The position numbers and the translations under genes are program-made. The notes under the pieces were generated by a model. It worked only from the letters and a program-made list of their open reading frames with translations, was not told the DNA's origin and ran no database searches. Of a stretch of 64,000 nt of DNA, positions 25,401-37,300 are shown one piece after another; the stretch's first letter is position 1; every line of letters starts with the position of its first letter. Source of the stretch: Ptychomitrium polyphyllum (Eukaryota); contig OZ316776.1 in the NCBI GenBank assembly GCA_973851085.1, forward strand, positions 7,750,001 through 7,814,000, read 5' to 3'.

Positions 25401-26949
25401 CACTGCATATGTATGTGATTGGATTCAAATCAATCAAATATTATTTTTTATTAGTAGAATACAAGGAGAATGAATGCTACAAGCAGTACAATTTATAATA
25501 CTTATAGTTTTTTTAATAAAAATTACTAGAGTAAAATTCTATGTTTCTTCTTTGTAAATAGCACTATGACTCATTTTTATTAGTTGCTTAATTCATAACC
25601 ATTTTCAACTTCACCCACTTTGAATAAGAACATTACTATTACAAAATGAAATTTTAATATTAAGTGTATTTCAAAACATAAAAATAAGTTTACAAATAGT
25701 AAAAATTGGATTAAGACCTATTTAAAGAGGACTTTAGTTAATTGAAAATGATTCAATATATAGGCAATAGCAATTAGATTCAAACAAAAATATGTACTGC
25801 TATTTTATATCTTAGTTCAATTAAATACCAAAATTTTATACTATTATATTCTATTAGTAATTTCAACATAATGGTGTTGAATTGTAAATATTTTCTGAAA
25901 TTAAACTTAATAGTCTAAAATGTTGTTTGAATTGCATTATTTTTTTCTATTAAAAAAGACTTTTTTTTCAAAAAATATCAATAAGATTTGGAATTAGTTT
26001 TTTAAAATTATTTGAGTAAAAGCTACAACATGCTTGGTAATTAAAGGTTGTATTCTATGATAAAAGATGAAAATTTGTTGCAAATAAAGCAACAATTCAA
26101 AATTAACAATTATATAATAAAATTTGACATTGACTTTTCTACATTATTTACAATGAAAAATGTAGTACTTTATTGAATTACATGCTAGTGTTAAATTTTG
26201 AATGAGTGGCTTATTTAAAATGTTGCCCAAAATGTCATTTAGACATTTCTCATAATATTAAAGAGACATATTATTTGGAAGCTATTCTATAATATATTAA
26301 AATTGGTTATTAATGTATTATAAGATAAAATTATATTATATTTTTAACTTTTTGTTTGTCACAATTATGCTTTTCTACCATATCCAAGGAAGGTCTACAA
26401 TATCATACATAGTAATTTGATAAATATTCCATTATAAAATTATAATTTATAATTTTACATATCATTATTTCATAAATTTATGGTTAATTTTTTATAAAGC
26501 TATAATTGTTATTGCAACAAATTAAATGTAACTTTCTATGTTTTTATAATGAAAATTCCTTAGTTCAATTAGTTAATTTATAGTCAAAGTTTTTACTTAC
26601 AATTCATTTTAAATTCTTTCATTTATAATGTTATTGATATTGATAGAATAATAACACCAATACTGATGATATTATAATAGTTTTAGAAAATTTATGTAAA
26701 AAAAACATGTATTATAAAAGCCTACCTTTTTAATGGTATTAACATGATAGAGTATTATTATTTTTTTATAAAAGAAAGTAATGATTTTAATTTTTATAAA
26801 ACATAAGCATTATAGAATATGATTAATGTTCTCATAATAAATATATTTATTAGCATGAAAATAAAGAATGTTTTTAGAACCAAAATTAAGAAATATTAAC
26901 ACCAAAAAATAATCATGTATTGACATATTAACATTGTAACATAAAATAG

Positions 26950-27660
26950 CCATACAAGTGATGTGATTAGTCTTTAAAACCTTATTGGCATAATAGAAGT
27001 GATGTAAGTAGTTTTAATACAATACTGGCATAAAAAGAAGTAGTCACACTTTTGATGTACCAACATACTTGCATGAAAAGAAGTAGTCACACTTTTGATG
27101 TACCAACATACTTGCATGAAAAGAAGTAGTCACACTTTTGATGTACCAACATACTTGCATGAAAAGAAGTAGTCACACTTTTGATGTACCAACATACTTG
27201 CATGAAAAGAAGTAGTCACGCTTTTGATGTACCAGCATACTGGCATAAGAAGAAGTAGTCACAGTTTTGACGTACCAACATACTTGCATGAAAAGAAATA
27301 ATCATGATCTTGACGTACCAGTATACTGGCACAAAAAGAAATAGTCACAATCTTAACGTATCAGTATATACTGGCACAAAAAGAAATAGTCACGACCTTG
27401 ATGTACTAATAGACTGGCATGAAAACAAGTGATGTAAGTGGTACTAATGCAATACTGGCATGAAAAAAAGTAGTCACGGTCTTGGCGTACCAATATGCTG
27501 ACATGAAAATAAGTGATGTTATTAGTATTTGTACAAAATTATCATGAAAGAAAATGGTTACAGTTATGGCATACTAATATAATTAGTACTTATTAAATAT
27601 TGGCATGAAAAGAATGATTTACCATCGTAACATTATTAATATGTTATGGTACTAAAAATA
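26950..27660. repeat. 43-bp tandem minisatellite, about 15 units
   Basis: Unit aaaagaagtagtcacacttttgatgtaccaacatacttgcatg recurs with exact 43-bp period (anchor tagtca at 27041, 27084, 27127, 27170, 27213, 27256, 27342; variant taatca at 27299) and degenerates towards both flanks. Confidence 0.95.
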
Positions 27661-30600
27661 TTGGAATAAAAAATTTATAATGTTTTGAGTAATAGTATGA
27701 ATATTCATACAATCTTGTTGCTATAAATGTTGGTAGAAAGCTATCAAAGTTAAAAGTTGTATATAATCTTTAGAAAATTAATCAATGACATAAATTAATT
27801 AGTATATGAGTAATGTATACCCAATATGTTAAATTACATCATATAATATTAAAAATACATTACTCATATAATAAGCCTCTCATTTTAAGCACTTCCAAAT
27901 TCTATTGCTTGAAATGGAACTATTTATATGAGCACCTTATATGAGTAAAAACAAAACAAGGTATACAATTATATTCCTCAAAATCTTTAAAATCATTAAG
28001 TTGAACAATTCTTATTAAATACATATTATAAAATGATGTTAAAATGTACACTCAATATTAACATGGGGTTATTGCAGAGTAGAATTCTTGCTGTCTAAAT
28101 TATCTTTCAATCAAGGAAGATTTATTTTCATAAAAAATGGATTTGTTGTGTAAATGTAGATTAGGGTCAAGGTAAAACCAAAATATTTCAGTTCCTTTCC
28201 ATTTTCTGCGGTTTTCAGTAATTGCACGGTTTTTTTGTACTGTAATACAGTACCCTGAGCCTTCAACCGGTTGTCACTTGACTTTGCTACAGATTTCTTC
28301 CTTTCGTGGCGCAAATGGGAACTTTTTATTTCATTGCAAGTGACTTTGTTACAGACTTCAAAACGCTGCGCTATTATAAGCGTGGTGTTTGCTTTGGGTT
28401 TACGCAAGCACGAGAGATGCATGGTCTGGAATTGAACTGCAGAGAGTAACGTTTGGGCAGGACTAGTAGCAGTGACTCCTCCCATCGCTTTCATGTCACC
28501 AGAGCGAAGTTTCAATGGGCGGTGGAGCAGGTGTGATCAAACCAGCTTCTAGTCCAGCAAAACCCAACTGATTGTGATCTGTTGGAAAAGTCCTGCTCTT
28601 GTAAGTTTATTGATGGCCATCCCCTTATGGAAGGAATAACCTTGTGCAAGTATTCAACTAAAGTGTGTATTCCAGCCTGTCTGACTTGTCCCAGATTTAG
28701 GCAGTAAGTGCACAATGAGAAGTTTTCTGGCAGCCAGTTTGAAGGAGTACCAGGCTACCTTCTTTCCAACAACATGGACATCTTCCACACTTGGGACCAG
28801 AAGAAAGAAAGAAGTGTTGACACGCAATTTACCATATTGGTCGCAGAAATCACGCGTTTAGGCAGAGCTGATCTGTTCCATGAGAGTTGTTGATGTCAGC
28901 TAATGAAATGCTTATCATGACCATGTCAAGGAGGAAGGTCATTTGGCTGCTGCAAGTTTGCCAAGGACAACAGGGTTTCCAATCTTGTCAAGATTTGTAA
29001 CCACCAATTACTGTTGCGGTGGAGTGGGTTACAAACTTTATTGAGCTACTGTGCAGAAAATATTGTTATAGTGGTATGTATTGAATCAGAGCAGGCACTG
29101 AGAACTTATTAACAACCGCTTAACAGATTGATCCCGCATGTAAGAATATATGACCCTAGAAGGAGGCAAATGTAGTTGGGTAGTGCTTGGTGTAGTACTG
29201 CACTGTTAGTAACGACCCTGAGAGCATGAAGGACACTGGTGTAACACAGCACTGAAAACTGCGCATAACAATAACAGGAATAACAGATGGGGAGGTATAA
29301 TTCCAGTCCTGACTCCTATTACAATACCAAATATGTATTTTCTTCACATATTAAGAGTAATACAGTTTATCGTGTGGCACATTTCAGACACATCACACAT
29401 ATTTCACGAATAGCAGGAAACAAGTATAAGCTACTTACTTATAAAACATTTAAAAGTCCTGGCGCTCTATCCACACACTTAGTTACCTGACACGTAGGAG
29501 TGTCTTTCTAAATAGATGCATCTGAAGCACTCCAATGTGATCAGGGGAACACACTCACAATGACATAACCATCAGTATGGACAACAACGCGTATCTCAAT
29601 TAACGAGCACCAAACACGATGTCAGCGAGTAATCATCATTGGTACGATTAATACTTCAGAAGTAAAAAAATTACAGGTGTCTCGTGTTAACGAGCTTGAT
29701 CATAGAATCAATATAGTACTTAAAATCTATGAGAAACGTAAGCTGCATTGTGTAACACCTAAACATATAGACATTCATCATCATGAACTACTGCAGAGCA
29801 AAGTTGTCTATGCTATCAGAAACAGGGGACGTGGAAGAGAAATGCAGCGCTCCAAGGAATGCTCTTCAACTGGAGATTCCTGATACCACACTCAGCGACC
29901 TGCAGCACAATAAGACGGGAATTAAAGATGCAATCGAATGTGCGGTCGCCAGAAATGATACAGTAAAATAGTCGTGAACCGAAAACACTGTACTGTTTCA
30001 GTGAGTCGAAACAGTACTGTAACTCAATTTAAACCGGACCTGAACATTATATTAGTATACATATATAATACAATAGAAGAACACTGGGAGGACAATGATC
30101 ATTGAAAGGAAAACGATGTGGTCAGGTGTATCTTCTAGGCATTAAAAAGCACAATGCAAGGTCAGAAAGTGCATAGTCCCCGCGATTCCTAATCCCGACA
30201 AGTAACTGCTGCTGACCAACAACCCCGAGTGAGTAACCGACTTCCCAGCGCGATGACGTGAGCTGGTACTTGCAGTTGTTCCTTTATCGCTTGTTCATCA
30301 GTTAAACGCACCAGAGTCGACGCTTGATTGGAATAACTAAAGTATTGGTGATGATTCGAGTCACACAGGGTCACAAATCAAGTCAATGTCCTGTGAAGCT
30401 TCTGAGAAGCCAACGAATAGAGAAGAAGGATAAAGACCAAGAGCGATCTCAACCCAACTCACTCCTCGAAGAGGCACCAGAAGCTCCAGAGAGCATTGAG
30501 CAAATTTGTGATCCAGAAATACCGCCACCTGATCAGTCTTCCAAGTAACTGGAGAAAGGACTCCCAGTTGGAGCTACCTGACTTGATTGACATCACGTAA

Positions 30601-31204
30601 CTCATCCCATCTTGATCCTCACTGAAACGGCAGAAACCCATCCCCGAAAAGATCGGAAGTAACATTCACGCCACCGAAATACATCTAGACTCACGCCTTT
30701 CACAGGTACTCACATCAACAGAAGGCAAGGACCACGAGTATATGCTTTATAACAAAGACAAGTATACTAGTGCACTAGTGCACTGGCAGCTACTCCAGAA
30801 GGTAGAAAACACATGAACTCATACGACAAACCTCCAAAACATACCATTGCTTCAACCACCCTCTCCACCACTAACACTATTCCCGAATACACGCTACGGC
30901 AGCTACCTTCAAGCAAGCAGTTTGGAACACCAAACATCTACCAATACATGACCCTCCCGCTTGGAACAAACAACACCGAACAGAAAAGTAAGATAAAGCA
31001 GCAAGACGCCATGAAGTAGACCAGGGAGCTGCTGCTGGTCGCTGTGCTCAGTCCCTACACACAGCCGCAGAGGTGAGCCAAGCAGCCTAGGGAAGGAGGA
31101 GGAGAGAAAGGAACGAGCAGAAAGTGAGGGAGGAGAGGCGAGGAAGCGTTGCTTCATCAAGTGGACACTGGTGTCATAGCAGAGTGATTGAAGACGCTGG
31201 CCAA

Positions 31205-31345
31205 CTTGGTAAATATAGTATTCCGGGGCGACCGCCAGGCCCACTATTTTCCTTGTCAGCTCCCTCTCTCTCCCCCTTCCTCCCCGACGAGTGAGTGACG
31301 GTGGAGCTGGCCTGGGCTGAAAGGGAAAGGGCTGGCCCGCTCAGC
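31205..31345 (-). promoter_or_regulatory. Probable Pol II core promoter for a leftward transcript
   Basis: TATA-like ctatattt (minus, ~31211-31218), site-II-like TGGGCY/GGCCC motifs (31238-31243, 31313-31338) and a CT-rich leader downstream (minus, 31150-31090). Confidence 0.45.
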
Positions 31346-34300
31346 TTGCCAGCGCTACGTCCCCTTCAACACCATTCATCACCAGCACCACGAGTCTAGA
31401 TCAATGGATTATTCCGCCCGTGATTCTATCCTCTCTCCCTCCAGAGTTCAGGCCCTTCCTGTGTTTCTGCCTCCTCCTCTGCAGGCGTCTCATTATGATA
31501 AGAAATCCTTACAGCAGCTTAAACTCCGTTACTGATCACGAGCACGTTGTTAAGTAAACCTTGAAGTGACCTCAGGTTATTATTATTTTTCCTGATTTAT
31601 TGGGCATGGTCTACCCCTGCAGCTCCGACTAGAGGAAACTTGGTTGCAGGAGTGGGTTGCTTCCATGATGCTCCCTTGAGATTTGGCCTTGACTTTCAGG
31701 GGCCTCCCAGATCCGCATTCTTCAATCTAACTTGTTCCGTCTTCTTGGGAGCCTGCCCTGCCTTTCCTTTGGACACAGTTATATTATAATCACTAATTAC
31801 TTGTAAAGGCTGGTCTAAGACTTTGGGCATTGCCCCACGATTGACTACCCGGGGCCCTGCCTCAGCCATTGTGCCAAGGAGTGATTTTTGGAAGCGCCCT
31901 CATATTCTACCTCAAAATTTTTGTTTATGAGTCTTCGACCCCCTATCCTACTGCATCTTATCTTCCCACGTCCAATGAAGTCTCCATTAAATATTCTTTT
32001 CTCAAGTCACAAGTGCTGCAACATTCAAGTAAAACGTTTAAAACTTAAGATAGCAGCACCTACATATGGCAGCTTTATTGTGGGCACCTCCGGGTGTTTA
32101 TATGTAAATAAGTATATATAAGCAATCGCACAACTGACATGAATCAGGAATGCCGTTAATAGAGTGCGTGGTGTAGGCAAATTCTCCTCTGAGTCTAATC
32201 GCTCATGAGTGGAGCACCACCTGCATGATGCAAAAACATGTATGTATTTGCAAGTACAAATTAAAGCAAATGCAAGTGAAATTGTAATTGTTGGTGCAAT
32301 ATTGATCAATTATGAATCATGAGTTAAAATCATAACTTGGCTAAAAATGCAATTAGAATGAGTTTGTTTTGCTATACATTGTACCTTATATCATATCCAC
32401 ATAAGGAGGTTCCAACCATGCAAACAAAAGCATGATTTTATTTTTTAGTGAAAATGAGTGCGGATAACCAAAATCATTACAAATATATAAAATATGACTA
32501 TAAATATTTCATTTTATTTTTTCATTCTTCCAATTCTTTAATTTGCATGTTTATTCTTTTTTTAATTCTTCTAAACGACCTTATCATGTGGCTTTGATGT
32601 TGTCACAAAAAGCTTTAGAATATTCAAATTTTTCACAAATAAAGTGATTCTATATGAAAATTTATAAATTAATGTAAAATGCCAATATTTCAACTTTTTC
32701 AATTATTCTTATGATCATTATAAGTTTGTTTCTTTATAATGACCTTTTTGAATTTCTGTCCTTTTCATTAAGTGCTCTACATGAATTACAAAATGCATTT
32801 CAAACTTGCCAATTTTAATGAAAATAATAAAAGAAAAAACATATACATTATTTTACTTTCAAGCACATGGATCTTTAAATATATTTTTAAAAGAATGTAT
32901 GGATTTGTTTTATTTGCAATATCAATCTCACAAATTGAAAGATTATTAAATTTGATGTAAAAAATGAAGTAATGTTTGCACCTTCTTTGTACAAGCAGCA
33001 AAGTTTGATTCTTTTTTGAATTGCATTTTTACATTGCATTGTATTGATTGTTCTTCACCATCACAAAAAAATCATGTTAAACAATTGTATACCAAATTTT
33101 AGAGGTTGTATAAGAATATGAAATTTTGAGAAATGTTACAATGTAAAGAAATTCAAAACACTGTTAATTTGTATTTTATATTTTTGAGAATTTTAAATTT
33201 TAAAAATCTCAAAAATTAAAAATTACTACAAAAATAATTTTTTTCTTAAAGTTTTGAGTAATAAATGGAACAAAAGAACAAAATTTCTAATTTCAATTAC
33301 CATTTAAACTAAATTCAAAATCAACAATCTTAGGAATTTATAAAAAACCTTAAAACGCCTTCCAATAGACAATTAACGTTTAAAAGGTTAAGATTGATTT
33401 TTTTTTGTAATATTTATTTTGCTACCATCCAATTAATAAGTTTCTTAAAAAAAAACTTAATATTTATAAAAGGCTCCTAAGAAGTAAATTGCACCACCTT
33501 TGATTTATTTCATTTGACAATTTTGTAGACAAATAATTATCTCACAATAGAAAAAATGATGAAAAATAATTTATTGGTTGTATACAACAGTTCAAGTGCT
33601 GTATTTATGACAATTTTTAATTTTTAGCCTCAAATATCTTCTTTGATTTTAGTTTAATTCAAAGATATAACCATGTATTTTGTTCTATAAAAAAATTAAA
33701 TCTATTAAATCAATCTTTGGATTTTTCTAAAAATTTATCATTTAGAAATTAAATAGATATCTTAATTTGAACCTTAGAAAGTATAAAAATATAACTAAAA
33801 ATAAATTAGGTATTTTTTTTTGTAAATTATGCTAAAATTATTATAAATCATTATAAACATTCATATAGGAAAATTTATAATATTTTTTTGTTATTAAAAA
33901 GCTACTATGATTGTGCTCAATGAATTTTATTTTGTGCTCACCAGTACATGTTATATTAACATTTCATAAAGCTTGAAGTCCTTCTTTCAAATTAAATTGC
34001 ATTTATTATATTAGAGATAGTTAAAATTATTCATTTATTTGGTTGTTTTATCATATTAGTATGTATATAATGTTTAATAATTTATAGTATTGATTTGTTT
34101 GTATTAGTTATTTCAAATTTTTATTTTACAACTTTAGCTTCTACTTTTGTATTTATAAAATTGATATCTTGCATTATCTTTTGGATTATATTATTCATAG
34201 TTCTTTTTCACTATGTACTTAGTAATCTTAAAATACATAGTTTTTTTTGTATATTTATTTAGAATACACAATAAACATGACACGCTTATAATATATTTTC

Positions 34301-37300
34301 TTCAAGATTGATAATTTACTTGTATTAATTACTACAAACTTCTAAGTCTTAATTAAGAACTTTCATTCATAAAGCAAAAAAAATTATATTTTTATTAATG
34401 TCAATTTAACACTATGCATGATATTTGTCACATTAAAACATTTTAAATACACATATACAACAAATTTGCAACAAACAACTTATACTATAAAGATTTAAAT
34501 AGGTTTTTTGACAATTTAAAAATTCAAATATAATGAAATAGAAAACAAATTGTTAAATTCAATTATCTCCAAATTAAACAAAGTGTTCATCAATATTAGA
34601 TTTTTGATATATTCTAAAAAATTAAATTCATAGATAGATGCTTCTATTTCTATAAAGTTGTTGCTTCAAAGTTTAAGGACTACTATCATAAATCAATTAA
34701 CAATAATGTTCAAAATCTAAAACCATATTTCCATTGAAATAGGGTTGTCTTTTCATAATTTTGCTCTCCAAAATATACTAAAAAATACAAATTTATTATA
34801 AAACTTGTTAAAGGCATGCAACAATAATGTTTAAGTATTGAAATTCTAAATATTAGCTATTAATTTTCAAACCTCAATAGTTGAATCAATGCAACATTCC
34901 AAAATTAAGTTTGAAGACCATATAAGTTCATGTCCTTCATGCTCATCCTTGTGACAATACTTGTCTATTTATGCCTACAATAATATTACAATCAATCACA
35001 TAAACAACATTAGCAAAAAACTTGAAACATTTTTATCAAAACTTCTTGTTTACCTTTTATTCTTGTATTCTTAATACATAACACATGAATTTAGAATTAT
35101 ACCAACATCCAATTAATTATATATCTCAAATACTAATAAGCACATACAACATCTATGTTTTATGTAATAAATAGCCCACATCACAACAGTGCATAAAATC
35201 ACCATGCTTTACATTTGTATACATCAAATGGGCCATGTATGTGAAGAATTAGTATATGAGGCCCAACTCATGTTAATGTTGGTTCTTGCATTTTTGTCTG
35301 CATGTGTTCAGTAAGCCTCTTATCTGTGCCCCCTTAATTGAGGCCACTCAAGCTTTGACATGGATGGCATCTCCTTGCTAGGATCCTGCTTCATGTTGCA
35401 GAGATGAAAAATCCAAGATAAAGAGAGTAAAAAGACATGCCAATCTAGGCAAGCTTATCACTGTGGATTCTATTGAGAATGTTGGCTTTTTTTTAAAATT
35501 TTTTTTTTTTAAATTTTTTTATTATAGCCTATTTCAATTTACACTTTCATGCTATGGATAAATAAATTGTGGATGTGTCCAACCACTTTAGAGTGAGTAG
35601 TTGAGTAGGTGCTACCATTTATAACTACCTCACATTTAAGAAATGCTATACTTCTAGGAACCAACAACCATAAGTGGGAACCTAAATTAACCCTTGCTAT
35701 ATAAAAGGCCAATTTAGTTCACACAGTTCTCTTTAGGTTAGGCTATGATTATAACAATCAAATTTATAATTGTTCAAGTCTTCTCATACATTAGTGAATA
35801 TCTAACTAGAAATGTAGTAAAATAGCTATGTGCTAAATTACTACTTGTTTACTACAACTCTAATGACTTAATATTTTAGAAGGTTTTAGTGAGTTGATTG
35901 GCCCTGATTTAAAAAGATATTTTCCCTTATCATGTATTTTTTGTTCAAAATATGTATAAGTACATGTATTATTTTGTACATGTATTTTTTGAATTATAAA
36001 TAATAATTTTATATCTTTTGTAAGACTTGAATTCATTGAGTATGATTTTAAAGTCATATCACTCATATTTTTATATTTCCTTAATAATACAATACTTTGC
36101 ATCATTTGTCATGTTACCAAATATGTGACATACAATAGTATGACATTTTTTGTATTTTCCAAACAATTAATAGTACAAAGGTAAATGTTTTTATTAATTG
36201 ATTTTGATAAATAGTTTTGAAAAAGAAAAATTGTAAAAAGATAATTTTATTATACGTTTTTATTTTAGTAACATTTTTTTGGTAAAGATCCACAATGATT
36301 TAATCCCTAAAGCACATAGTAGTCATTATCTATATAAACAAGATTGGTATCATTAATCTTATTTTCAAGATATGAATTATCTATACATTCTAATAGGAAA
36401 TTGAATCTATTTTCTTATCCATTATAAATTACATCATTTTAAGTTACATTTCATCCAAGAAAATTTATCAAATTATAACACTTTGATATTTTTTTAATAT
36501 TATATAATTAAATTTTTAGAAGGATAATCATGTTTCTTGCATTTTCTAATTTGTTTTATTTATTTTTGTAAAATAAGAGTTAATTTGAAGCAATGATTTT
36601 AAAATTCAGGTACTAAAACTAAGACCAAAACATCATTTTTTCCTCCAAAGTTCAAATAAAGGTACAATATTTATAATATACATATCATAATACTTTAGAA
36701 ATTGAGCTTTATCGACATTGACTAGAATTGGTGTATACATGTATTTAGAATATGAAATACATGTACTTGTACATATTTTGAACACACCGTGTTATAATTG
36801 AATGTGAATACATATTAAAAAAATGTCAATTACAAAGGGATACAATATACATATAAAGAAAGCTGTTTTAAATATTTCAGCTCTGAAATCAACAACAGTG
36901 CAACATTTATTATATTCAAAACATTTTGTCAATATATATTTCAAAATATTTTTGATAACCTTGGCATCAATGTTCCATGGATAAGAAGAGATGAAGTTAT
37001 CTCCACTTATTGACTGATTACATATGGTATTAACCAGTCATAATGACAAGGGGGTCACATGGGTATCTCTCATCAATGAAGGCATTGGTTCAACTTAGGC
37101 TACTGCTGTAACTGACTGGCATCAAAACTCACCAGTAAATAACTGTGTCCCCCAATGCCTTGCACCATGTTTTGGGTACAATCATTCTTCAGATTTTTAA
37201 CCAGCTAACTCTAATGTGGGTGTGAAAGTACCAACTTCCTTCAGGGGGACAGATACAACAGTGTCCAATGTTACAATGCTTCCATGACCAATACTTTACA

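Noticed and set aside
26950..27660. CRISPR-like look (constant block, variable block, palindrome)
   Set aside because: The variable parts are homologous or identical rather than unique spacers, there are no cas genes, and the context is eukaryotic; it is a minisatellite.
28111..28515. 134-aa minus-strand ORF
   Set aside because: Non-ATG track start, no recognisable domain, and it runs into AT-rich flank; not supportable as a CDS.
30481..30501. Partial miR390-like complementarity suggesting a TAS3-type locus
   Set aside because: Too many mismatches, and no second site or tasiARF sequence recognised.
32772..36105. Short ORFs in AT-rich DNA (also 13539, 14014, 39693, 40794, 41688 and 50208-51274)
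   Set aside because: Ile/Leu/Phe/Lys-biased chance ORFs in decayed repeats.
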